From positions 1-36,582 of the forward strand of contig JBGAOA010000022.1 of the NCBI GenBank assembly GCA_044222065.1: a stretch of DNA of 36,582 nucleotides, written 5' to 3'. The position numbers and the translations under genes were made by a program. The notes under the pieces are model-generated. The model searched no databases. It was not told the DNA's origin and saw only the letters and a list, made by a program, of their open reading frames with translations. Origin of the DNA: Candidatus Eiseniibacteriota bacterium. Its GTDB lineage: Bacteria > Eisenbacteria > RBG-16-71-46. Shown in pieces: positions 1 to 8,730 of the stretch (position 1 is its first letter; every line of letters starts with the position of its first letter).

Positions 1-59
1 GAGGGCGTGCGCGCGCGGCACGCCTTCAGGATCTCGAGCGCGACGCCGAGTTCGTGCAC
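1..59 (-). CDS. hypA: Hydrogenase nickel-insertion protein HypA/HybF, 5' fragment (runs off the window)
   Basis: Not in the ORF track. Manual translation from GTG at 59 gives MHELGVALEILKACRARTP, with the N-terminal MHE nickel-binding motif of HypA. A GAGGAG RBS overlaps the upstream protease stop codon. Confidence 0.8.
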   Translation of the reverse strand, partial: MHELGVALEILKACRARTP

Positions 60-68
60 GCGCGCTCC

Positions 69-590
69 TCAGGCGATCGCGGCGCGCAGCCCGGCGAGCG
101 CCTCGCGGGCGCGCGTCGCGGCCTCGTCCATCGCCGACTCGACTTCGGGCGAGAGGCCGACGCCCGTCTCGACGCAGGCGGGCTCCACGCCGACGACCGC
201 GACCCGCCTGGGCAGGTCCCCCGTGAGGCGTGCGAGCGCGAGCAGCGTGCCGGCGCCGCCCTCGTGCGCCGTGTCGCCGCCGCCGCCCGGCGAAGCGAGC
301 GCGGTCTCGCCGTCGAACGCGTGCACCGTCCCGGCCGCCGCGCCGCGCCGGATCGCGTCCAGCAGCAGCATCGCGGGGCGCTTCGACATCCGGCCGAGCA
401 GCATCAGGCCCTGCGTGCCGCCGTCCACGAACTCGACGTCCGACCCCGCGAGCGCGGGATCGGACGCGAGTTGATCGAGCAGCCGGAGACCGACGCCGTC
501 GTCGCGCAGCAGGAGGTTCCCCACGCCCAGCACGAGCACCGGTGCCGGCGTGGCGTCCCCGCCCTCAGCGCGATCGCGGTGCGGGTTCAT
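69..590 (-). CDS. hyaD: Hydrogenase maturation endopeptidase (HyaD/HupD family)
   Basis: VLGVGNLLLRDDGVG, VDGGT and TAHE motifs; follows the cytochrome b gene. Confidence 0.92.
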   Translation of the reverse strand: MNPHRDRAEGGDATPAPVLVLGVGNLLLRDDGVGLRLLDQLASDPALAGSDVEFVDGGTQGLMLLGRMSKRPAMLLLDAIRRGAAAGTVHAFDGETALASPGGGGDTAHEGGAGTLLALARLTGDLPRRVAVVGVEPACVETGVGLSPEVESAMDEAATRAREALAGLRAAIA

Positions 591-1308
591 CGTCGACGTC
601 GCCCTCCTGGAAGAACTTCTCGCCCGAGATCATCGAGCCCACGAGACCGTTCTTGAACTGCTGGCCGTCGTAGAAAACGATGTACACGTGCAGGATCGTG
701 AACACCACGAATCCCCACGCGAGCAGGTGGTGCCACATCAGCGTCGGAAACGCGCCGCCGAGCAGCGGGATCACCCAGCCCGCGGTGACCGCCCAGAAGC
801 CGTCGGGGTTCGTCTGCGAGAACAGCGCGAAGCCGAGCAGCATCTGCAGCCACCCGAGGCCGATCACGCCGATCGTGTAGGCGAGCCCGCCGAGCGGATT
901 GTGCCCGAGATGGATGTGACCGCGCTCGAGACGCAGGTAGTCCCAGCCCTGGCGCACGAGGTCGGCCCACCACTTCGGCCGCCACACGTACGGGAAGCCG
1001 GAGCGCGCGTACTCGTTGCCCATCCAGAACCAGTAGCTGCGCCACAGGAAGTTCACGAGGAACACGTAGGCGAGCAGGAAGTGGATCTTGCGCGCCGAGG
1101 CCATCACGAAGTGGTTCCACGCCTCGCCCTCCGGCGTCAGCACCGGGTGCGCGATGTAGAGCCCCGTCGCGAACAGCCCGAACACGCAGCCCGCGTTGGT
1201 CCAGTGGAAGATCCGGATCGGCCACTCCCACACGTAGCGGCGGCGAAAGACGCGGTGCGGCCGGGCGCCGGCGGCGCCCGATCGAAGCGTCGTCATCGAA
1301 CTCGACAT
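565..1308 (-). CDS. hyaC: Ni/Fe-hydrogenase b-type cytochrome subunit
   Basis: C-terminal part of ORF 565..4407. Motifs YVWEWPIRIFHW, ARKIHF, GHNPLGG, WHHLLAW and LHVY; four hydrophobic helices. ATG at 1308 is preceded by AGGAGG overlapping the large-subunit stop. Confidence 0.93.
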   Translation of the reverse strand: MSSSMTTLRSGAAGARPHRVFRRRYVWEWPIRIFHWTNAGCVFGLFATGLYIAHPVLTPEGEAWNHFVMASARKIHFLLAYVFLVNFLWRSYWFWMGNEYARSGFPYVWRPKWWADLVRQGWDYLRLERGHIHLGHNPLGGLAYTIGVIGLGWLQMLLGFALFSQTNPDGFWAVTAGWVIPLLGGAFPTLMWHHLLAWGFVVFTILHVYIVFYDGQQFKNGLVGSMISGEKFFQEGDVDDEPAPRSR

Positions 1309-1316
1309 GCGCCCTC

Positions 1317-3038
1317 CTACCGGACCCGCACTTCGGCGAGCGTGCGTCCGTCGGGACCGAGCACGTGCGACGCGCAGGCGAGGCACGGGTCGAACGAGTG
1401 GATCGTGCGCAGGATCTCGACCGGACGCTTCGGATCCGCCATCGGGGTGTCGATGAGCGCGGCTTCGTACGCGCCGTGCTTCCCTTCCGCGTCGCGCGGC
1501 GACGCGTTCCACGTGGACGGCACGATGCACTGGTAGTTCGCGATCCGTCCGTTCTCGATGTGCACCCAGTGCCCGAGCGCTCCGCGCGGCGCCTCGGTGA
1601 GGCCGAAGCCCTTGCAGCTCTTCGGCCACGTCGCGGGCTCCCACTTCGATGTCTCGGCCACGGACGCGTCGCCGGCCTTGAGGTTCGCGATCAGCCGGTC
1701 GTACTCCTCGCGCAGCCAGTGCACGCACAGCACGGTCTCGAGGCCGCGCGCCGCGGTGCGGCCGAGCGTCGAGAACAACGCCGTCGCCGGCAGCCCGAGC
1801 CGGCCGAGCGCGTCGCCCACGACCGCCTTGTAGTCCTCGCGCCCGCTCGCGTATCCGACCAGCATGCGCGCGAGCGGTCCCACTTCCATCGCATGGCCCT
1901 TCCAGCGCGGCGTCTTGAGCCACGAGTAGGCGCCCTTCTCGTCGAGGTTCTCGAATGGCGGCTGCGGCCCCGTGTAGTGCGGCTCGGTGTGCCCGTCCCA
2001 CGGGTGCAGCTGGTCCTTGCCCTCCGGGTAGCGGTACCACGAGTGCGCGACCTGCTCGCGGATCTCTTCGAGGTTCGTCGGATCCACCGGCAGCACTTCC
2101 GAGAGGTTCTTGTTGAGGATCGCGCCGCGCGGAATGCGGTACGAGGCCGGATCGTCGACCGACGTCTGCGGAATGTCGCCGTACGTGAGGTAGTTGCCGA
2201 GCCCGCCGCCGTACTTCGTCCACCCGGGATAGAACGAAGCGACCGCGTAGAGGTCCGGGATGTAGAGCTGCTCGACGACGTTCGCGGCCTCGTCGATGAG
2301 CCCGCGCACGAGGTTCAGCCGCTCCATGTTCACGGCATTGTCGCTCTGCAGGTCGATCGCGCAGGCCATGCCGCCGACGAGGTAGTTCGGGTGCGGATTC
2401 TTGCCGCCGAACACCGTGTGGATCTTGATGATTTCCTTCTGCCACTTGAGCGCTTCGAGGTAGTGCGCGACCGCCATGAGGTTCGCTTCGGGCGGCAGCT
2501 TGTACGCGGGATGCCCCCAGTAGGCGTTCTGGAAGATGCCGAGCTGACCCGAGTCCACGAACTTCTTGAGCGTCGCAGCGACGTCGCCGTAGTAGCCCGC
2601 GCCGCCGACCGGCCAGCGCGGCGACACCTTCGCGGCGAGCGCCGCCGTCGCCGCGGGATCGGCCTTGAGCGCCGACACGACGTCCACCCAGTCGAGCGCG
2701 TGCAGGTGATAGAAGTGGATGACGTGGTCCTGGACCATCTGGGTCAGGAACATGATGTTGCGGATGATCTCGGCGTTCTTCGGCACCTTCGTGCCGATCG
2801 CGTTCTCGACCGCGCGTACCGACGCGAGCGCGTGCACCGTCGTGCACACGCCGCAGATGCGCTCGCAGAACGCCCACGCGTCGCGCGGGTCGCGGTCCTT
2901 GAGAATCAGCTCGATGCCGCGCCACATCGTTCCGGACGAGAGCGCGTCGTGGATCACGCCACGATCGTCGAGCATCGCCTCGACGCGAAGGTGGCCTTCG
3001 ATGCGGGTGATCGGATCGACGACGATTCGGGTCGCCAT
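1317..3038 (-). CDS. hyaB: Group 1 (1d-like) membrane-bound [NiFe]-hydrogenase large subunit
   Basis: DPITRIEGH; L1 motif ERICGVCTTVH; GGKNPHPN; L2 motif SFDPCLACASH followed by a cleavable C-terminal tail; AGGAGG RBS. Confidence 0.97.
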   Translation of the reverse strand: MATRIVVDPITRIEGHLRVEAMLDDRGVIHDALSSGTMWRGIELILKDRDPRDAWAFCERICGVCTTVHALASVRAVENAIGTKVPKNAEIIRNIMFLTQMVQDHVIHFYHLHALDWVDVVSALKADPAATAALAAKVSPRWPVGGAGYYGDVAATLKKFVDSGQLGIFQNAYWGHPAYKLPPEANLMAVAHYLEALKWQKEIIKIHTVFGGKNPHPNYLVGGMACAIDLQSDNAVNMERLNLVRGLIDEAANVVEQLYIPDLYAVASFYPGWTKYGGGLGNYLTYGDIPQTSVDDPASYRIPRGAILNKNLSEVLPVDPTNLEEIREQVAHSWYRYPEGKDQLHPWDGHTEPHYTGPQPPFENLDEKGAYSWLKTPRWKGHAMEVGPLARMLVGYASGREDYKAVVGDALGRLGLPATALFSTLGRTAARGLETVLCVHWLREEYDRLIANLKAGDASVAETSKWEPATWPKSCKGFGLTEAPRGALGHWVHIENGRIANYQCIVPSTWNASPRDAEGKHGAYEAALIDTPMADPKRPVEILRTIHSFDPCLACASHVLGPDGRTLAEVRVR

Positions 3039-3047
3039 GGCCGCCTC

Positions 3048-4166
3048 CTATTCGTCCTGGTCCGAGTTGGGCGTGGTGGCCCGTGCTTCCTTCGAGCGCT
3101 CGAGTCCGCGCTTCGCGGCCCACGAGGCGAAGTGCGCCGCGACGCCGACGCCGGCGACCGTCGCGAGCGTCTTGCCGATCGCGTCCGGCGTGGCATCCAC
3201 GTTCGGCACCGGCACGTCGGGGAGCCGGCGATAGAACGGGCCGTGGTCCCAGAAGCCGGCCTCGGAGCACCCAATGCAGCCGTGGCCCGAGCCGATCGGC
3301 CACGAGACGCCGTTGTTCCACCGCATCGTCGAGCACGAGTTGTAGGTGGCCGGGCCGCGGCAGCCCATCTTGTAGAGGCACCAGCCCTTCTTCGCGCCCT
3401 CGTCGTCCCAGCTCTCGACGAACTGGCCGGCGTCGAAGAACGGGCGCCGGTAGCACTTGTCGTGGAGCCGCTGCCCGTAGAACATCTTCGGCCGCCCGAT
3501 GCGATCGAGGTCCGGCAACCGGTCGAAGGTGAGGATGTACGTGAGCACGCCCGTCATCACTTCGGCGATCGGCGGACAGCCCGGCACCTTGATGATGGGC
3601 TTGTCCTTGAGCAGCTCGTGCACCGGCTTCGCGCCCGTGGGATTCGGCGCCGCCGCCTGCACGCAGCCGTTGCTTGCACAAGAGCCCCACGCGATGACCG
3701 CTTTCGCCTTCGCCGCGGTCTCGCGCAGGACGGACTCGAACGTCCGGCCCCCGATCGTGCAGTAGACGCCGCCGTCCTTCGTCGGCGCGTTGCCTTCGAC
3801 GGCGAGCACGAACTGGCCCGGGAAGTCCCTCATCACGCGGCGACGGCACTCCTCGGCCTGCTCGCCCGCGGCCGCCTGGAGAGTGTCGTCGTAGTCGAGC
3901 GAGAGCATGTTCAGCACGACGTCCTGCGCGATCGGGTGCGCGGAGCGGATGAACGACTCGCTGCAGCACGTGCACTCGAGTCCGTGCAGCCACAGCACGG
4001 GGAGCCGCGGCTTCGACTCGAGCGCCCGCACGACGGCCGGGACCATGGTCGAGTCGAGGCCCATCGAAGCCGCCGCCAGGGTGCAGAACCTGAGGAACGT
4101 CCTGCGATCGATGCCGTGACGCCGCAGGACGTCGTACGTCGTGACCTGTCGTTTCACGCCGACCAT
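3048..4166 (-). CDS. hyaA: [NiFe]-hydrogenase small subunit with Tat signal and C-terminal membrane anchor
   Basis: Tat motif [56 protein letters not shown]-terminal helix containing His; AGGAGG RBS. Confidence 0.97.
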   Translation of the reverse strand: MVGVKRQVTTYDVLRRHGIDRRTFLRFCTLAAASMGLDSTMVPAVVRALESKPRLPVLWLHGLECTCCSESFIRSAHPIAQDVVLNMLSLDYDDTLQAAAGEQAEECRRRVMRDFPGQFVLAVEGNAPTKDGGVYCTIGGRTFESVLRETAAKAKAVIAWGSCASNGCVQAAAPNPTGAKPVHELLKDKPIIKVPGCPPIAEVMTGVLTYILTFDRLPDLDRIGRPKMFYGQRLHDKCYRRPFFDAGQFVESWDDEGAKKGWCLYKMGCRGPATYNSCSTMRWNNGVSWPIGSGHGCIGCSEAGFWDHGPFYRRLPDVPVPNVDATPDAIGKTLATVAGVGVAAHFASWAAKRGLERSKEARATTPNSDQDE

Positions 4167-4607
4167 CGCCGCCTCCTGTGAGGGTGTCGCGACTCCGCGC
4201 GACCGGCGCGAAGGCGCTCGTCGTCCGACGCGCGGCGAGGGCGGAGCCGATCGGCGCGGTCGCGCGCCCGCGCAGCATCAAGCACGCCGCGCGCGTGGGA
4301 CGCCGTCCGCGCGCCCCGCGGGGCCAGCCGGCGCCCTCCGCCGCGCGCGAGGCGTATCGCACGACGGGCGCGCGCAACGCCCTGCGCGCGCCGTCGTTGG
4401 TCGCCACACTTCGAGTGAATTCGCCGACTCGCGCCGCGCGACGGGACGCGCTGACATCGCGCCGCGGCCCCTGACAGGATCACGTAGCGCGGTTCACGAT
4501 GACATGACGAATCGTCGCCTCGCGGCACGTGGCGTCAGGGAGCGAACGCGCGTTCGCGGTCACTCGCGTGCGGTTCGCGCGACGAATTCCAGACGGGCGT
4601 CAGGGCC

Positions 4608-4637
4608 TTGACACTCCTTCTCGGACGCCCGTAGCTT
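4608..4637 (+). promoter_or_regulatory. Sigma70-type promoter for the acyltransferase operon
   Basis: TTGACA (4608-4613), 18 bp spacer, TAGCTT (4632-4637). The same two hexamers occur in the mraZ promoter. Confidence 0.7.
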
Positions 4638-4689
4638 GGCCGCGCAAATGCTTCCCGAACGCGCGGCTGTGAGCGCCGCGGGGGGATCC

Positions 4690-5583
4690 ATGTCTCGAAT
4701 CATCTATGGCTGGCTGACCGCCTTCATCTCGAGCGTCCCGCTCGGGCTCGGTCACTGGCTTGCGGGCGTGCTGGCGGAGGTCCACTACCGGTTCTTCCCG
4801 GCCCGCCGTCACGCGGTGCTCGCGAATCTCGCCACGATCCTGCCCTCGGCCTCGCGCCGGGACCGCGTCCGGATCTGCAAGCGCATGATGGCGAGCTACA
4901 ACCGCATGCTGTTCGAGTTCTTCCGGCTGCCGCACCTCGAGCGCGAGGAGCTGCTGAACTCGGTCGAGGTCGTGGGCCGCGAGAACCTCGAAGCGGCGGT
5001 CGCGCGCGGCAAGGGCGTCATCATCACGTGTTGCCACGTCGGCAACTGGGAGCTGGCGGCCGTCGTGCTCGCGCACTGGGGCTACACGCTGCACGCGGTC
5101 GCGGGCGTCCAGCTCAACCGCTGGCTCACGAGCGCCGTGCGCGAGACGAAGAGCGAACTCGCGATTCGAACGGTGTCGCCCGACGACGGATTCCGGAAGC
5201 TGTGGCGCGCGCTCGAACACAACGACCTCGTCGCGCTCATGGTGGACGGCGACGTCTACAGCCACGGCGTCGCGGTCGAGATGTTCGGGCGCGAGACGCG
5301 CTTCCCGGCCGGACCGGGCGTGCTCGCCCAGCGCACCGGCGCCTCGGTGATGTGCGGCTTCTGCGAACGCAAGGGCGCGGGCCGCTTCCGCATCGTGATG
5401 GAGCCGGCGTTCGACCCGGCCGACTTCCCGACGACGACCGCGCTCAACGCCGCCGTCGCGGCGACGACCGAACGCCACGTGCGCGAGCACGTGGACCAGT
5501 GGTGCATCTTCCGTCCGCTGTGGGAACCGGCGGCGGAGCGGGACACCGCCCCCGCCGCGGAGACGCGGAGCGCGCGCGCGTGA
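4690..5583 (+). CDS. Lysophospholipid/LpxL-PatA family acyltransferase
   Basis: HVGNWE catalytic motif, ALMVDG, VEMFGRETRFPAGP and DQWCIFRPLW. ATG at 4690 follows GGGGGA; ATG at 4648 is an alternative start. Confidence 0.88.
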   Translation: MSRIIYGWLTAFISSVPLGLGHWLAGVLAEVHYRFFPARRHAVLANLATILPSASRRDRVRICKRMMASYNRMLFEFFRLPHLEREELLNSVEVVGRENLEAAVARGKGVIITCCHVGNWELAAVVLAHWGYTLHAVAGVQLNRWLTSAVRETKSELAIRTVSPDDGFRKLWRALEHNDLVALMVDGDVYSHGVAVEMFGRETRFPAGPGVLAQRTGASVMCGFCERKGAGRFRIVMEPAFDPADFPTTTALNAAVAATTERHVREHVDQWCIFRPLWEPAAERDTAPAAETRSARA

Positions 5584-6722
5584 AGATCGGCATCGTCTCG
5601 CAGTCGTACTACCCGCGCTTCGGCGGCGTGACGGAGCACGTTCACCACACCGCGACCGAACTCCAGAGTCGCGGGCACCAGGTGACGGTGATCACGAGCC
5701 GCTTTCGCGGCGGCGAGGCGCACTACGGCGTCCCGGTCGAGCGCGTCGGCTACAACGTGCTCATTCCGTTCAACCGCGCGTTCGTGGACTTCTCGGTCGG
5801 CCTGCGCATGAAGCAGGACCTGCGTCGCCTCTTCCGCCACCACGACTTCGACCTCGTCCACACGCACTGCCCGGCGGCGCCGAGCCTGCCGCTCATGGCG
5901 GTCGAGACCGCGCCCGGCCCGCAGGTCGCGACGTTCCACACGACGGGCGGTCACGGCACGCTGCAGGACCTGTTCAACGGTTACCTGACGCGCCGGCTCG
6001 ACCGGCTCCACGCCCGCATCGCCGTCTCGGACACGGCGCGCGCGACGGCCGAGCGCGCGTTCGGCGGACGCTACTCGGTGATCCCGAACGGCGTGGACGT
6101 CGAGACCTTTCATCCGGGCGTGGCGCCGTTCGAATCGTGGCGTGACCCGGACCACGTGAACATCCTGTTCGTCGGCCGGCTCGATCCGCGCAAGGGCCTC
6201 CAGTACCTCATCGCGGCGATGCCCGAGGTCGTCGAGCGCACGAAGGGACGCGCCCGGCTGCTCGTCGTCGGCGACTCCTACCTGCGCCCGAAGTTCGAGG
6301 GCTCGGTTCCGGCATCGGTGCGCGGGCACGTCACGTTCCTCGGTCACGTGCCGATCCGCGACCTGCCGCGCTGGTACGCGACGGGCGACATCTTCTGCTC
6401 GCCCGCGAGCGGGAACGAGAGCTTCGGCATCGTGCTGGTCGAGGCGATGGCGGCGGGCCGCGCGGTCGTGGCGTCCGACATCCCGGGCTACCGCACCGTG
6501 ATCACGCCGGAGCAGAACGCGGTCGCGTTCCCGCCCGGCGACGTGCCCGCGCTCGCGCGCGCGCTCGTGCGACTCGTGAACGACCCCGAAGGCCGGGCGC
6601 TGCTCGGCGGCCGCGGGCGCGCGCACGCGCTCGACTTCGCCTGGCCGCGCGTGACGGACCGCATCGAAGAGGTGTACCGCTCGATCGTGGCGCGCCCGCG
6701 CGCGGTCGTGACGGCCGCCTGA
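5580..6722 (+). CDS. GT4 glycosyltransferase, phosphatidyl-myo-inositol mannosyltransferase (PimA)-like
   Basis: N-terminus MKIGIVSQSYYPRFGGVTEHV; FVGRLDPRKG; ESFGIVLVEAMAAG (EX7E). GTG start overlaps the upstream stop (GTGA). Confidence 0.88.
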   Translation: MKIGIVSQSYYPRFGGVTEHVHHTATELQSRGHQVTVITSRFRGGEAHYGVPVERVGYNVLIPFNRAFVDFSVGLRMKQDLRRLFRHHDFDLVHTHCPAAPSLPLMAVETAPGPQVATFHTTGGHGTLQDLFNGYLTRRLDRLHARIAVSDTARATAERAFGGRYSVIPNGVDVETFHPGVAPFESWRDPDHVNILFVGRLDPRKGLQYLIAAMPEVVERTKGRARLLVVGDSYLRPKFEGSVPASVRGHVTFLGHVPIRDLPRWYATGDIFCSPASGNESFGIVLVEAMAAGRAVVASDIPGYRTVITPEQNAVAFPPGDVPALARALVRLVNDPEGRALLGGRGRAHALDFAWPRVTDRIEEVYRSIVARPRAVVTAA

Positions 6723-6733
6723 TCGCGCGGCCG

Positions 6734-8017
6734 ATGTCCGCTCCGGACGCCCCGCCCCCGCCCGCCGGCGCCTCCGAGGCCGACGGAGCCGAGGCCCACC
6801 CGCCGCTCTTCGCGCAGCGGAACTTCGCCTCGCTCTGGTGGGGTCAGCTCATTTCGCTGCTCGGCGAGCGTCTCACGTACCTCGCGCTCGGCGGCCTGCT
6901 GCTCGAGCACACGGCGCGCGGCACCGATCCCCTCTACCCCGTGCTGCTCGCGGTGCTCGGCAACGTCATGGTCGCGCCGGTGCTGCTGTTCGCGCCGTTC
7001 ACGGGCGCGTGGGTGGACCGCATGGACCTGCGCCGCGTGCTCATCGTCTCGGACACGCTGCGCTCGATCATCACGCTCGGCATTCCGTGGGCCTACGGCG
7101 TGACGCATCACACCGGGAGCATGTTCACGCTCGTCTTCCTGCTCTTCACGGCGAACGTGTTCTTCCTGCCGGCGAAGAGCGCGATCACGCCCGAGATCGT
7201 GCCTCGGTCCCAGCTCATGGCGGCGAACTCGCTGCTCGCGGTCGCGGGCATCGTCGCGACGTCCGTGGGCGCGCTCGGCGGCGGCTGGATCGTGGACCAC
7301 TGGGGCTGGGGCACGGCGCTCTATCTGAACGCCGCGACCTACTTCGTGTCGGTGATCTCGCTCGCGCTGATCGACTACCGCCCGGGACTCCACCGCGTCA
7401 CGCAGCCCGAGCGCACCGGCGCGGGCTACCTGCGCGAAGTGATCGAAGGCTGGGACGTCGTTCGCCGCAACCGCGCCGTGACGCTCGGCCTGCTTTCGCT
7501 CGGCGCCGTGTGGCTCGGCGGCGGCTTCCTGCACGTGGCGGGCAATCCGCACATCCAGCGCGCGGCGAACGCGCCCGGGATGGAGCGCGTCGGACTGCTG
7601 CTCGCCTCGCTCGGGCTCGGCAGCGGGATCAGCACGTGGTGGATCAACACGCGCGGTCGCGCGATTCCGCGCCACGCGCTGCTCGGGACGAGCCTCGTGC
7701 TCGTGGGCGGCGCGCTCGTGATCTTCGCCGTGACGACGCGCTTCGCCTACTTCGCGCTCTCGGCGTTCCTCGTCGGCGTGTTCGCCGCACCCGCGTTCTT
7801 CGTGTGCGAGACGCTGCTCCAGGAAGGCACCGACGTGCAGCAGCGCGGCCGCGTGTTCAGCGCACGAGACTTCCTCATGCGGCTGACGTTCCTCGTCGCC
7901 GTGACGCTCGCGGCCACGCTCGCCGGAGCGTTCGGGACGAAGCTCGCGATCCTCGTGTGCGCGGGTCTGATCGCGGTCGCGGGCGCGGCCTCGTTCGCGC
8001 ACGGGCGCGGACGCTGA
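6734..8017 (+). CDS. MFS transporter (MFS_3/LplT-like)
   Basis: RNFASLWWGQLIS, motif-A-like GAWVDRMDLRRVL, QRGRVFS; about 12 hydrophobic segments. Confidence 0.9.
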   Translation: MSAPDAPPPPAGASEADGAEAHPPLFAQRNFASLWWGQLISLLGERLTYLALGGLLLEHTARGTDPLYPVLLAVLGNVMVAPVLLFAPFTGAWVDRMDLRRVLIVSDTLRSIITLGIPWAYGVTHHTGSMFTLVFLLFTANVFFLPAKSAITPEIVPRSQLMAANSLLAVAGIVATSVGALGGGWIVDHWGWGTALYLNAATYFVSVISLALIDYRPGLHRVTQPERTGAGYLREVIEGWDVVRRNRAVTLGLLSLGAVWLGGGFLHVAGNPHIQRAANAPGMERVGLLLASLGLGSGISTWWINTRGRAIPRHALLGTSLVLVGGALVIFAVTTRFAYFALSAFLVGVFAAPAFFVCETLLQEGTDVQQRGRVFSARDFLMRLTFLVAVTLAATLAGAFGTKLAILVCAGLIAVAGAASFAHGRGR

Positions 8018-8123
8018 AGCCCCATCCGCTCGGGCGTGACGCGCGGGCTGCGATCGCGAAGGAACCCGGCGTGAGGAACGACCGGCCGGCCCGCCCGACC
8101 GGGACGGGGCCGACGGGCGAGGC

Positions 8124-8645
8124 CTAGCGCGGCGTCGGATCGCTCCAGTGCGGCGTCAGGTCCACGCCCCAACGTTCGCGCAGCGCCTCGCGGAACGGCG
8201 CGGCGTCCGCGCGCGCGCCGATGCGGCGGCGGTAGGCGTCGTAGGCCTCGACGATGCGCTGGCCGTGCTCCGAGAACATGCGGCCGCGCCCGATCGCGCC
8301 CTCGATCTCGCGCCCGTGGCTCGCCGCGAGCGCCTCGAGCACGGCGCGCGCGATCTCGAGCGGACTGGCGTTCGGCGCCACCGACGCCGCGGCTTCGGCG
8401 GGAGCGAGCGGAGCCGCGGCCGGAGCGGCCGGCGCGGGCGCGGCGGCTGGAATCACAGCGGGCGCCGCGGCCGGAGCCGGCGCAGCCGCCGGATGGGCCG
8501 GCGCGGCCTCGGCGGTCACGGCGCCGCTCCGCTGGACGACGAACGAGCCCGAGCACGCGGGGCAGCGCACGCGCGCGCCGCCCGGCCCGAGCAGCTCCGG
8601 CGGCAGGCGGAACGGCGTGACGCAATGAGGGCAGCGAACGTTCAT
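8124..8645 (-). CDS. MJ0042-type zinc-ribbon protein with Ala/Pro linker and helical C-terminal domain
   Basis: CPHC-x19-CPAC at the N-terminus, a low-complexity A/P linker, then an amphipathic helical domain. Confidence 0.82.
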   Translation of the reverse strand: MNVRCPHCVTPFRLPPELLGPGGARVRCPACSGSFVVQRSGAVTAEAAPAHPAAAPAPAAAPAVIPAAAPAPAAPAAAPLAPAEAAASVAPNASPLEIARAVLEALAASHGREIEGAIGRGRMFSEHGQRIVEAYDAYRRRIGARADAAPFREALRERWGVDLTPHWSDPTPR

Positions 8646-8730
8646 TCCCGGCCTCGAGTCCAGAAGTCGCGCGGCATTCTGCCCCAGATCGCGCGTTCGC
8701 GAAACCCCGGACTGCCCGCGAGCCCCCGCT

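Noticed and set aside
565..4407. 1280-aa ORF suggesting a giant cytochrome b fusion
   Set aside because: Only 565-1308 is protein-like and has its own RBS. The rest is an alternative frame over hyaB and hyaA.
4471..4484. CTGACAGGATCACG as an FNR/CRP box upstream of the hydrogenase
   Set aside because: Half-site spacing is one base short of TGA-N6-TCA and the flanks match poorly.
8390..8520. GC-rich quasi-repeats suggesting a tandem repeat or CRISPR array
   Set aside because: They encode the Ala/Pro linker of the zinc-finger protein; there is no repeat-spacer periodicity and no cas gene.
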